Positions 17,590-25,753 are shown, numbered from the stretch's first letter. The stretch: 29,015 nucleotides of DNA from Candidatus Heimdallarchaeota archaeon (GCA_048881705.1 JBHLSH010000052.1:1-29015); one strand, 5' to 3'. Notes: generated from the letters alone by a model not told the origin. A program made the numbers and translations.

Positions 17590-17606
17590 GTTTATTATCA
17601 ATAAAC
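17590..17606. promoter_or_regulatory. Perfect 7-3-7 inverted repeat GTTTATT-ATC-AATAAAC
   Basis: Read directly in the divergent intergenic region between hel308 and the AhpD/CMD gene. Confidence 0.35.
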
Positions 17607-17722
17607 CTGATAACTACGACAATCAACCTCAACCTGCTCTTTAAAATCCACAGATCCTTCGTATGATTGGTTTAACTAGAATTTGCAATCATAAACAGCA
17701 AATTAAAACAATTCACCTTGCA

Positions 17723-17761
17723 TTTCAAATCAACCTGAAAACATGTTTCCATTCTTAAATA
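17723..17761 (+). promoter_or_regulatory. Operator/promoter of the CMD-Nif3-ArsR operon: TTTCA-N8-TGAAA palindrome followed by a TATA-like box
   Basis: TTTCAAATCAACCTGAAA at 17723-17740; TTAAATA at 17755-17761, about 25 nt before ATG 17786; 22/29 identical to the tusA upstream element. Confidence 0.65.
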
Positions 17762-17785
17762 CCTCTCAAAATCAAATTGCCCCAA

Positions 17786-18097
17786 ATGGAACTTATCCAA
17801 AACAAAGACATAGAAAACAATACCCATCGAACACGAGAGCGAGAAATTGCATTCATCGCCGCTAGTGTGGCCGCAGGCTGCATTTCCTGCCTCGACTATC
17901 ATAAGCAGCAGGGTCTCGCAATCGGTCTAACGAAGGATGAAATCCTGAAGATTGCCCGCTACGCTAATATTGTGCGTCGGAAGGCAGAGGAACACAACCT
18001 TGGTGCTTTAGACACAATTTTGACGGGACAATGTCTCCGCTCATTGCACCCCTCCGAGGATCCTGAAGACTCAGATCCAACCAAAACGTGTTGTTAG
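17786..18097 (+). CDS. Carboxymuconolactone decarboxylase / AhpD-like protein with a C-terminal Cys-Cys
   Basis: REREIAFIAASVAAGCISCLDYH (CxxCxxxH), GLTKDEI; ends KTCC. Alternative TTG at 17777. Confidence 0.85.
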   Translation: MELIQNKDIENNTHRTREREIAFIAASVAAGCISCLDYHKQQGLAIGLTKDEILKIARYANIVRRKAEEHNLGALDTILTGQCLRSLHPSEDPEDSDPTKTCC

Positions 18098-18165
18098 GAA
18101 AAAACAGTCCCAAGGTACCGAAAACGATTAATACTCGATTATGGACCTGGCCCGGTGTGCTTTAA

Positions 18166-19113
18166 ATGACAACAGATTCAAAATGGAAACTCCACGTTGA
18201 GCCTTCAATTCCATATCGTCAAATCACCTCCTCCGTTAACAAGAGCATAAAAAAATATATCTCGATTATCCCTGGCAAATCTCTGCCAAGTGATAAGGTG
18301 GTCAGATTCTTGGAAAGTAGATCCCCTATCTATGAATTCGAGTATGCCCACATCTCCAGGGAAGGGGTGAAAATGTCTCTCGGGTATGAAATCAAAACTG
18401 TTGATGAAATAAATGCCATTTATTTGATGATTAACCCAGATCCACGCAACCTTGCGGAGGTTCCCTCCAACAGCCTGGTGATCAGTCACCATAAGATTAG
18501 TTGTTATGACAACCCTATCTACCGGGGGATGTTAAAACTAGCGGAAGATAATCATTTCAATATCTTCAATTTCCACTTGGCTTGGGATGTCATGGAAAGT
18601 GGGATTGGGGATTCGTTTCTATACCATGTGGGTCTCGCAAGAACAGATTTCACAAAGGTTGATCTTACGTACAAAGAACATAGGATCCGAAACTTGGGGG
18701 CAATTGTGAAAAAGGAATACGATATTGGTGACCTTATCACCAGACTCCATGCTTTAAATGTGGAGCCATCTGTAATTGTGAATCCTCAATGTAGAAATCC
18801 CACGATAGGTTATATCCCAGGAGGGGGATTTACTGATCAGATGATCATGGAGATGGCAGAATACGGGGTAGGAATATTAGTCTCCTCAGATCATAACTGG
18901 GTTGTAGAAACGATTGCCCGTGAGCTAGAAATCACTTTAGTCGATATTAACCACTACGCCAGTGAACGCTATGGCTTACAAACCATGCAAAATTTGTTGT
19001 CCACAGCTTTCCCCTCAACACCCACTACAATCCTTGAGAATGTGGATGACGTGGAATGCGATCTTTTTGATTGTAATTGTAGTTCTGTAGAATTTACTGG
19101 GGACTGTAATTGA
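18166..19113 (+). CDS. Nif3/YbgI (DUF34) dinuclear metal-centre protein
   Basis: LVISHH, FHLAWD, IGYIPGGG, LVSSD, NHYASE supply the His/His/Asp/His/Glu ligands; Cys-rich acidic tail. Confidence 0.85.
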   Translation: MTTDSKWKLHVEPSIPYRQITSSVNKSIKKYISIIPGKSLPSDKVVRFLESRSPIYEFEYAHISREGVKMSLGYEIKTVDEINAIYLMINPDPRNLAEVPSNSLVISHHKISCYDNPIYRGMLKLAEDNHFNIFNFHLAWDVMESGIGDSFLYHVGLARTDFTKVDLTYKEHRIRNLGAIVKKEYDIGDLITRLHALNVEPSVIVNPQCRNPTIGYIPGGGFTDQMIMEMAEYGVGILVSSDHNWVVETIARELEITLVDINHYASERYGLQTMQNLLSTAFPSTPTTILENVDDVECDLFDCNCSSVEFTGDCN

Positions 19114-19137
19114 ATTTGTTACGAGGAAAGTAATCTA

Positions 19138-19533
19138 ATGGAAGCAGAAACGGAACATGAGGATTTTTGTTGCCCAATTGACCCTGAACGCAAGAACGAA
19201 TGGCTAGCGCGTTTACAACGACAGCGCGACCATATTGTCACCCAATACGGAGAGACGGTCGCAGATCAAGAGATCATGTTGAAGACCCTATCCCATCCAA
19301 TCCGCCTGAAGATATTATGGCATCTACATATGAAACCAAATTGTGTCTGTGAATTGGTAGATAAATTGGGGGCTAGTAATTCGGCAGTATCTTACCACCT
19401 TGCATACTTGGCTCGATTCCTCCTAATTAAAGACAAATATAGTGGGGGGAATGTGTACTATTACCGGACAAAATTTGGGAAAACCGTGCTAAAATGGTTA
19501 GAACAAATGCCGATTCGACCTGAAAACCCGTAA
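19138..19533 (+). CDS. ArsR/SmtB family metalloregulator
   Basis: LKTLSHPIRLKIL, CVCEL, SNSAVSYHLAYL, wing GGNVYY; N-terminal C11-C12. Confidence 0.92.
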   Translation: MEAETEHEDFCCPIDPERKNEWLARLQRQRDHIVTQYGETVADQEIMLKTLSHPIRLKILWHLHMKPNCVCELVDKLGASNSAVSYHLAYLARFLLIKDKYSGGNVYYYRTKFGKTVLKWLEQMPIRPENP

Positions 19534-19560
19534 AACAGATTTCTAAAACGCGTCTTTACA

Positions 19561-19824
19561 CTAATTGGCGTTCAGTTTTTTAACCAAAAATCGGAATTCT
19601 TTCGTGTCAGTTTTTTCCTGAGCCAATAATTCGTTTCCCGACATGCGAACCATATATGGAATGTTATACTGGGTTAATCTGGCAGTTGCAATGATTTCCA
19701 ATACATTCCCAGGTTCCATTTTTTTTAGTGTCTGATAGGCCCTTAATACTGGTCGGGGACACATTAAATTTCTTACATCTAATCGCACGTCTATTTTTTC
19801 TTCTGTTTTTTGCAACCAAATCAT
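19561..19824 (-). CDS. tusA: TusA/SirA family sulfur-carrier protein
   Basis: LDVRNLMCPRPV (CPxP), LKKMEPGNVLEII, FRFLVKK; GGGAG directly upstream. Confidence 0.88.
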   Translation of the reverse strand: MIWLQKTEEKIDVRLDVRNLMCPRPVLRAYQTLKKMEPGNVLEIIATARLTQYNIPYMVRMSGNELLAQEKTDTKEFRFLVKKLNAN

Positions 19825-19888
19825 CTCCCTGTTGGTTAGTTCATGCGGATGGGACTTCTTATCCGCCGTTTGCCATGCTGGCTCCTCC

Positions 19889-19928
19889 CTTTAAAAATCT
19901 GGAAAAATCGTTTCAAATTATTTTGAAA
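19889..19928 (-). promoter_or_regulatory. Operator/promoter of tusA: TTTCA-N8-TGAAA palindrome followed by a TATA-like box
   Basis: Minus strand reads TTTCAAAATAATTTGAAA (19928-19911), CGATTTTTCCA, then TTTTAAAG (19896-19889). Confidence 0.65.
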
Positions 19929-20005
19929 TTACTTTTACTTCCGCTTACTATGGTTTCCTCGCATTAGTATCGGTCAATGTGATCTCCCTAAAGCATCTCT
20001 GATCT

Positions 20006-20031
20006 AAAAGGGTAGCAGGACCATGCCACCC
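20006..20031 (-). terminator. GC-rich hairpin plus T4, terminator candidate for the enoyl-CoA hydratase gene
   Basis: Minus strand GGGTGGCA-TGGTCC-TGCTACCC (8-bp stem with one G-U) followed by TTTT, 55 nt after the stop at 20086. Confidence 0.45.
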
Positions 20032-20085
20032 AATGCATTGAAGGATGGGGGCTCCCCAGAAAAGAAGTCGGTATGGGATTCATGA

Positions 20086-20883
20086 TTATTTAAATTGGGC
20101 CTTTCGTTTGGAAAGGAAAGCTTCAACTCCTTCAATTACATCGGGGTGCGTAAAACAGAGTGCGAACAGGTTAGATTCCATCTGAATCCCATCTAACCAG
20201 GCCATTTCGGTTCCCCGATCGATCGCTTCTTTGGCTTGAGCGAGAGCAAAAAGTGGACCACGGGCTAAACGAGTAGCCAATTTTTCTACAGTTGGTTCAA
20301 ATTCCTCAATAGAAACGACCTTATTTACTAGCCCGATATCGTATGCACGTTGTGCAGAAATGTGATCGCCGAGGAGAATCATTTCCTTAGCAATGGTTTT
20401 TCCAACCAGCCGAGGTAGGCGTTGAGTGCCTCCAGCGCCGGGTATAATTCCTAAATTGATCTCAGGTTGGCCAAATATGGCTTTATCTGAGGCAATACGG
20501 AAGTCACATGCCATGGCGAGCTCATTACCTCCACCAAGACAGTATCCATCGATAGCAGCGATAGTTGGAATGGAGAGAGTTTCTATCGTATTAAATACAC
20601 CTTGAAGCCTAAGGGAAAGGGCCTTAGCTTTGCTAATCGAACGATCTTTAAATTCAGTGATGTCAGCACCTGCAACGAAGGCCTTTCCTTTGCCTTTAAA
20701 AACCAGTACGCGCGTGGATGAGGTTAATTGAGACAGGGCTGCTATAAGCTCTTGAACTGTCTCGTTATTGAATGCATTTAGGGCCTTTTCTCTAATGAAC
20801 GTTATTGTTGTAATTCCATTTTCGTTAGTCTCTAATGTGAGATTTTTGAACAATTTTATATTCTCCTGATAGATGAGCTCCAC
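20086..20883 (-). CDS. Enoyl-CoA hydratase (crotonase family)
   Basis: FVAGADITEF, GYCLGGGNELAMACDFR, FGQPEINLGIIPGAGGTQRL with both catalytic Glu residues. Confidence 0.95.
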   Translation of the reverse strand: MELIYQENIKLFKNLTLETNENGITTITFIREKALNAFNNETVQELIAALSQLTSSTRVLVFKGKGKAFVAGADITEFKDRSISKAKALSLRLQGVFNTIETLSIPTIAAIDGYCLGGGNELAMACDFRIASDKAIFGQPEINLGIIPGAGGTQRLPRLVGKTIAKEMILLGDHISAQRAYDIGLVNKVVSIEEFEPTVEKLATRLARGPLFALAQAKEAIDRGTEMAWLDGIQMESNLFALCFTHPDVIEGVEAFLSKRKAQFK

Positions 20884-20910
20884 ATATAGATGATTTTCTA
20901 AGTGTGAGGA

Positions 20911-20922
20911 CGGATATATCCG
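20911..20922. promoter_or_regulatory. 12-bp perfect palindrome CGGATATATCCG
   Basis: 28-39 nt upstream of the enoyl-CoA hydratase start. Confidence 0.4.
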
Positions 20923-21032
20923 ACTACCGAGTTCTGTAGCAGAAGCATTACTTCGATTCTTTTAGGTTTCTATTATTTTAGCAATATAAGAAGTAAAAAC
21001 AGGAAAAAACATAATTTCCCGTTCTTTAGGTA

Positions 21033-21923
21033 TCATCGGAATTCATTGAAAATCATTTCAGAATCAATGTCTTGTGCTTTAAATCCAAGAGGTTCTTTTA
21101 CGGGATTCCTATCCCGCGTCACGGGATCTAGTTCGTGTAATGGTGATCGCTCTGTACGATAGAACAACCCAATCGGGATTTTGTCTCCCCATTCCTGGGA
21201 TTTGCTAAATCCTGCGGTAATATCAGTAGGGTCATGAGTGGTGCCTTCGAGTGTGTAAATTCGGTCATTGAACCATGAATACGTATTTAATCTGTTGTAT
21301 GTCACACATGGACTTATAACATCAATGAATGCAAAACCCTTGTAGGAAAGAGCCTGTTCAACAAGAGCCTGAAGATGGTTAGTTTGGCCTGTAAATCCTC
21401 GTGCAACAAAAGGAGCTCCAGCACCGAGGGCAAGAGCTACAGCATTCACGGGACTTTCAATCACGCCTCCTGGATCAGTAATTGTCTGATGCCCTATCTG
21501 AGAGGATGGGCTAGTTTGACCCATTGTTAACCCATAAATTTGGTTATTCATGATCATATAGGTGATGTCAAGATTTCGACGACAGGTGTGAACGAAATGC
21601 CCCACTCCAATACCTAATCCATCGCCATCACCTCCAACCACAATTACCTTCAAGTCAGGGTTTACCATCTTTACTCCAAGGCCGGCAGGAAGCGCGCGTC
21701 CGTGGAGCATGTGAATGCCGTATGCCGTAGTCCAGTGAGGAAACGAACTCGAACAACCAATGCCAGAGACGATGACCACTTCATTAGGTTGATATCCAAG
21801 ATGTGCGAGAGCTCGGGTCGCTACTGATAACAGCCCATAATCACCGCAGCCGCCACACCAGTTCGGGCGTACGTCCCCTACAAACAACCGTTTATCGTAA
21901 TCTTCATTAGTATCTATCGTCAT
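21033..21923 (-). CDS. korB: 2-oxoacid:ferredoxin oxidoreductase beta subunit
   Basis: WCGGCGDYG, SGIGCSS, HGRALP, TPP-binding GGDGD...MNNQIYGLT, SPCVTYN. Substrate specificity not determinable. Confidence 0.95.
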   Translation of the reverse strand: MTIDTNEDYDKRLFVGDVRPNWCGGCGDYGLLSVATRALAHLGYQPNEVVIVSGIGCSSSFPHWTTAYGIHMLHGRALPAGLGVKMVNPDLKVIVVGGDGDGLGIGVGHFVHTCRRNLDITYMIMNNQIYGLTMGQTSPSSQIGHQTITDPGGVIESPVNAVALALGAGAPFVARGFTGQTNHLQALVEQALSYKGFAFIDVISPCVTYNRLNTYSWFNDRIYTLEGTTHDPTDITAGFSKSQEWGDKIPIGLFYRTERSPLHELDPVTRDRNPVKEPLGFKAQDIDSEMIFNEFR

Positions 21924-21939
21924 TATATCTCACTTTTTC

Positions 21940-23778
21940 TCAATGATGGGAATCAAGAAGCTCCCGGATCTCCTGAAAAATGCCTGACGGCGTGGGAGTT
22001 TCACCCGACAGTGGATGAACCCGTTCGTCCGGGCGCCAATCCAAATGCTGGTGAATAAGGTTTTCTAGCTGGCCCGTATAGTTCACTTCATATAGAACCG
22101 CGTGGTGAATATTGGTGAGGAAGGGCTTGATTTTCTTATAGGGAAGCGGAAACAGATCGATAAATGAGAGGACATTCCAGCTTTCTCGATTTTCGGCATT
22201 GAGCAAGTCAACTGCCTCGCGGACGGCTCCTGTAATGCTGCCCCAACAAATGATCGTATGGTCAGTATCGGGAGAACCATAGAGATCAGGAGGCCGCATT
22301 TCTTGGCGTAATAGCTCCAGTTTTTTGAAACGTTTCTCAAACATCTTGGCCCGCAACTCCCAGGAAGAGGGATGCCCACATCGGTTTCCTGAAAGGGAAT
22401 GTGATCTCTCATCGTGTTCTGCACCTACCAATATGTACATGGCTTTCTCTGTCGGAGGGAAGGCGCGGGGACTAATCCCATCTTCGGTAAAACGGTAACG
22501 GGCGAATTCAGGAAACTCAGGAAATTCCGTGGTGGGATGATTCCATATTTTTCCCCGATCACGTTCCACTTCATCCAGATCAAACGGTTCTAGGTTGGAT
22601 GTACGCTCTGAGAGGCTGAAATCAGACAAAACTATGACGGGGAGCTGAAAACGATCCGCTATGTTGAATGCCCGTACCGTGGTTTCAAAACATTCTTTGA
22701 TTGTGCGTGGGGCAAAAATCGCGCGAGGAGATTCGCCGTGGGACATGTATATTGCAGAAGCTAGATCTCCTTGTTCCATCTTGGTTGGTATTCCTGTGGA
22801 GGGACCTGCGCGCATTGAATCGATTACAACGAGAGGAGTTTCGGTCATGGCCGCATATCCAAAGGCCTCAGACATCAAAGACAATCCAGGCCCTGAACTG
22901 GCAGTCATCGCGCGTGCTCCCGCAAAAGATGCGCCAATACACATAGGTATAGCTGCCAACTCATCCTCAGCTTGTCTTACTACCACCCCAAAGCGTCTAG
23001 CATTCTGAGCTAGATAAGTCAAGATAGAAGAGGCCGGAGTGATCGGGTATTGGGCAAGAAATTTCAATCCCGCTGCGACTGCACCCAATGCAATCATATG
23101 ATTTCCGCTAATTACAAAACGTCGCATGGGGGGCAGACTAGGTACGGTCAGGTTTAACGAGACCTGGTAGTTTTCATTAAAGAAATGATTTCCCGCGTCC
23201 AAGGCCTCCAAATTCAGCTGAATAACTCGGGCTCGGCCAGAAAAGTGCTTTTCTAAGGTCATTTCATATTCAGACCTTTCCAGCCCTAGTAATTGGATTA
23301 TGGCTCCTGCCGCAACTGAATTCGCTAACACGGGGGTTTTTCGATCGATGTTACGAGCTAAGGTTTTGAGTGGGATTTCAAACAGAATAATTCCCCGAGT
23401 CTTGATTTCTGCTGCGTAGTCTTGTGTATTCACCCTATCCGAATCCACTAAGAGAAGGCCATTCTGTTTGAGGTCACGTAAATGAATTTCTAGTGTTTCA
23501 GTGGTAAGTGCGACCAACAGATCTATAGGACGGTCAAAGCTATGCAAGATTTCCGAGGAAAATTCAACATGCTGCCAAACATGGCCGCCACGGATCGTTG
23601 ACTGCGTTCCCGGAAACCCATAGACGTAATATCCAAGGCGGTTTAAAAATCTCTGAAATAAAAGTCCAGCCAGCTGCAGACCATCCCCTGCAGCTCCCCC
23701 TAAGCGCAAGGCAAATCGAGGATAGGGAAAATCAAGAGACCCCTCTCTTTTAAGTAAAACCGCTGTACCTACTGACAT
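21940..23778 (-). CDS. korA: 2-oxoacid:ferredoxin oxidoreductase alpha subunit (gamma-alpha fusion)
   Basis: GGAAGDG...TIRGGH gamma domain, SGNH, YPITPAS, QAEDE, TASSGPGLSLMSE, RAGPSTGIPTKMEQGD; ATG at 23778 with GGTGA upstream. Confidence 0.95.
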   Translation of the reverse strand: MSVGTAVLLKREGSLDFPYPRFALRLGGAAGDGLQLAGLLFQRFLNRLGYYVYGFPGTQSTIRGGHVWQHVEFSSEILHSFDRPIDLLVALTTETLEIHLRDLKQNGLLLVDSDRVNTQDYAAEIKTRGIILFEIPLKTLARNIDRKTPVLANSVAAGAIIQLLGLERSEYEMTLEKHFSGRARVIQLNLEALDAGNHFFNENYQVSLNLTVPSLPPMRRFVISGNHMIALGAVAAGLKFLAQYPITPASSILTYLAQNARRFGVVVRQAEDELAAIPMCIGASFAGARAMTASSGPGLSLMSEAFGYAAMTETPLVVIDSMRAGPSTGIPTKMEQGDLASAIYMSHGESPRAIFAPRTIKECFETTVRAFNIADRFQLPVIVLSDFSLSERTSNLEPFDLDEVERDRGKIWNHPTTEFPEFPEFARYRFTEDGISPRAFPPTEKAMYILVGAEHDERSHSLSGNRCGHPSSWELRAKMFEKRFKKLELLRQEMRPPDLYGSPDTDHTIICWGSITGAVREAVDLLNAENRESWNVLSFIDLFPLPYKKIKPFLTNIHHAVLYEVNYTGQLENLIHQHLDWRPDERVHPLSGETPTPSGIFQEIRELLDSHH

Positions 23779-23941
23779 TTGTATCACCAATCAGTTTCAA
23801 ATAGCCATCCAAACCCATCAGTACAAATCAAGGATAGAAAGTTTAAATTATATGAGTCTGCGGTCTTTTCATCCCAAATCCTTTAAACGCACTCAAGGAT
23901 CTAATAGGACAAGAACGCATTTAAAACGACATCAACCGTCC

Positions 23942-25456
23942 CTATTTGCCTTCTTCTTTTCGGAAAATAAGACAGTATTGGTGACATCGATTTCCAACCC
24001 ACGCATTGTTTACCCCTAAGGCCAGTAAGGCTTTATCGTCTTGCAGCCAGAGTTTTTCGTCCTTGAGAACCCACGGATGGTTTTCATCACCTACAAGACT
24101 TGTGGCAGTATCGTAAGCCAGGGGAAATAACCGCCCCCGCGTAAACACGTTGTTCGTGACCACCACTAAATATCCTTTGTTTCGTAGGAGGGTGTACACA
24201 TGCCCGAAAATTGTCTGCTGGGTCTTCAGAAATTGATGATAGTCGCGGATGTTCCCCAAATCGTTAGGATCATTTTCGCTATATCTGGTATCTAATCCCT
24301 GATTTTTTCGTGCCTTCTGACGAATATTATTCCGAGCCAACTGGTTCCAATATGGAGGTGATGTGATGCAAAAATCCAATTGCGGCAACTTATGCTTCGT
24401 CCATAGACCAGGTAAGTCCCTGGCATCCCCCTTTATAACGCGCCAGGACCCCTTTTTCTCAGTTTGGTACAGGGGAGAGTAGGGAAGATCTCCGATCTCA
24501 TCCACACGAGTTTGTGCAATATCAGCATAGAAATCCGATAACTCAATCCCCACCCCATTTCGATTACATTGTTTTGCGGTAACGAGCATGCTGCCACTCC
24601 CAAGGAAGGGGTCTAGAACAAGCTGCCCTTTCTTAGTAAAAAACGTGATATAACTACGTACCATGGTCTCTGGAAATTTTGCAGGATGTAATATTTCATT
24701 CTTATTCCGTGGGGGAGGCCTTTCAATCCGCCAGGATTTGGAAAAGCGTATCCATTCTCTCCCAGTCAGGGTGTTTAATCTGTTTTTTGGATTAAACTGT
24801 CCAAATGGATTCCGCCTTCTCCCCTTCCTCAAATAGATTCTCTCTTCCTCTTCAAGTCTAGTTCGATCTTCCTCTTTTTTTCCTAGATAAGTGTGTAAGG
24901 ATTGCTGACCCTCCCTCATTATTGAGTTCCTACCAGATTTCTCGGGTCTCTCCTGATCCTCCACCTTATATGTTGTAAAGGGGGAATCGCTAGTTTCTTT
25001 TTCTTCATTTTTGACCTGAACAATCATTGCCTCTGATTCTTGACTATATTTTTGGAGTAAGTTCGATTTGATTGTTTTCAGGATATTCGAAAACGATAAA
25101 AATTTTTCAACGGCCAATGAACCATGTGTTGTAGGGATAAATAGTATAGGGGTCTCTAAGTCTATAAAAAAGATTTGCCAACGCCTTTTTTTTTGTGACC
25201 CAACGAGTTGAAAGCAATTAATCCCTTTCTTTTGAACCAAATTCCACAAAAGCTGAAACTTTGTGTTTTGGGTCCGATTTTGGATATCTTGTAAAGAAAA
25301 AGCTGCTTTCAGAACACTGGGATAGGTAATGGTTGAAAAAAATGAGGCAGTTTCCCTTTGTACTGATTCGAACGAAGTCTGCACTCGACCCGTCTCCATA
25401 GAAGTCCTTTTTGCGCCGTAAAAGAATCTAAAACCATTAGTTGAAAAAACTATCAT
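23942..25456 (-). CDS. Amino-DNA methyltransferase (probable N4-cytosine; motif I before motif IV) with a long N-terminal extension
   Basis: NRLNTLTGREW, HPAKFPE, LDPFLGSGS (motif I), GIEL, GDAR, TSPPYW (motif IV). Start uncertain (25456 or 25399). Confidence 0.9.
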   Translation of the reverse strand: MIVFSTNGFRFFYGAKRTSMETGRVQTSFESVQRETASFFSTITYPSVLKAAFSLQDIQNRTQNTKFQLLWNLVQKKGINCFQLVGSQKKRRWQIFFIDLETPILFIPTTHGSLAVEKFLSFSNILKTIKSNLLQKYSQESEAMIVQVKNEEKETSDSPFTTYKVEDQERPEKSGRNSIMREGQQSLHTYLGKKEEDRTRLEEEERIYLRKGRRRNPFGQFNPKNRLNTLTGREWIRFSKSWRIERPPPRNKNEILHPAKFPETMVRSYITFFTKKGQLVLDPFLGSGSMLVTAKQCNRNGVGIELSDFYADIAQTRVDEIGDLPYSPLYQTEKKGSWRVIKGDARDLPGLWTKHKLPQLDFCITSPPYWNQLARNNIRQKARKNQGLDTRYSENDPNDLGNIRDYHQFLKTQQTIFGHVYTLLRNKGYLVVVTNNVFTRGRLFPLAYDTATSLVGDENHPWVLKDEKLWLQDDKALLALGVNNAWVGNRCHQYCLIFRKEEGK

Positions 25457-25753
25457 TCCATTTTATCGACTATTGAGAGGAGTACACCGAGGGAAATTCT
25501 TATTGACAGCGTTCTCACCTCTATTTATTACACGGCCGCTCCTCTGCAAAACATCTTCGCAGTTCTACTGAGAATTTCATTTATCAAAATGCAAAAAATC
25601 TTGCTGTGAAGCCATCTGACAATATAACGCCAGAGATTTCGGTTAATTATGGATGGTACCAGAGAATGAAGGGGAACGGAACCAATGCATTTATATTTCG
25701 AAATCCGTAATATATCATAGAGCTCTTGTGAAACAATAACCTGGGTGTAAAAT

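Noticed and set aside
19859-19876. Mini-ORF ATG GCA AAC GGC GGA TAA (MANGG) with a strong GGAGG upstream, in front of tusA; tempting as a leader peptide, Gly-Gly sulfur-carrier remnant or +1 frameshift into tusA
   Set aside because: The TATA-like box at 19896-19889 predicts a TSS near 19866, downstream of this ATG, so it is probably not transcribed; five codons carry no evidence.
17786-20086. Selenocysteine recoding or SECIS element in the redox/sulfur cluster
   Set aside because: All redox motifs use Cys codons and no in-frame TGA interrupts a conserved domain.
22502-22530. Imperfect 9-nt tandem repeat in korA (EFPEFPEF)
   Set aside because: Tiny in-frame tripeptide duplication in a loop; no functional implication visible.
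25186-25194. A9 tract in the methyltransferase coding strand as a phase-variation switch
   Set aside because: Runs of 8-10 A/T occur several times in this window (1969, 8498 and others) and here it encodes an ordinary QKKR; needs read-level length variation to be credible.
25476-25545. Possible structured RNA closed by AGAGGAG/CTCCTCT upstream of the second methyltransferase
   Set aside because: Only a 7-bp closing stem with weak inner pairing; no tRNA or Rfam-like signature recognised.
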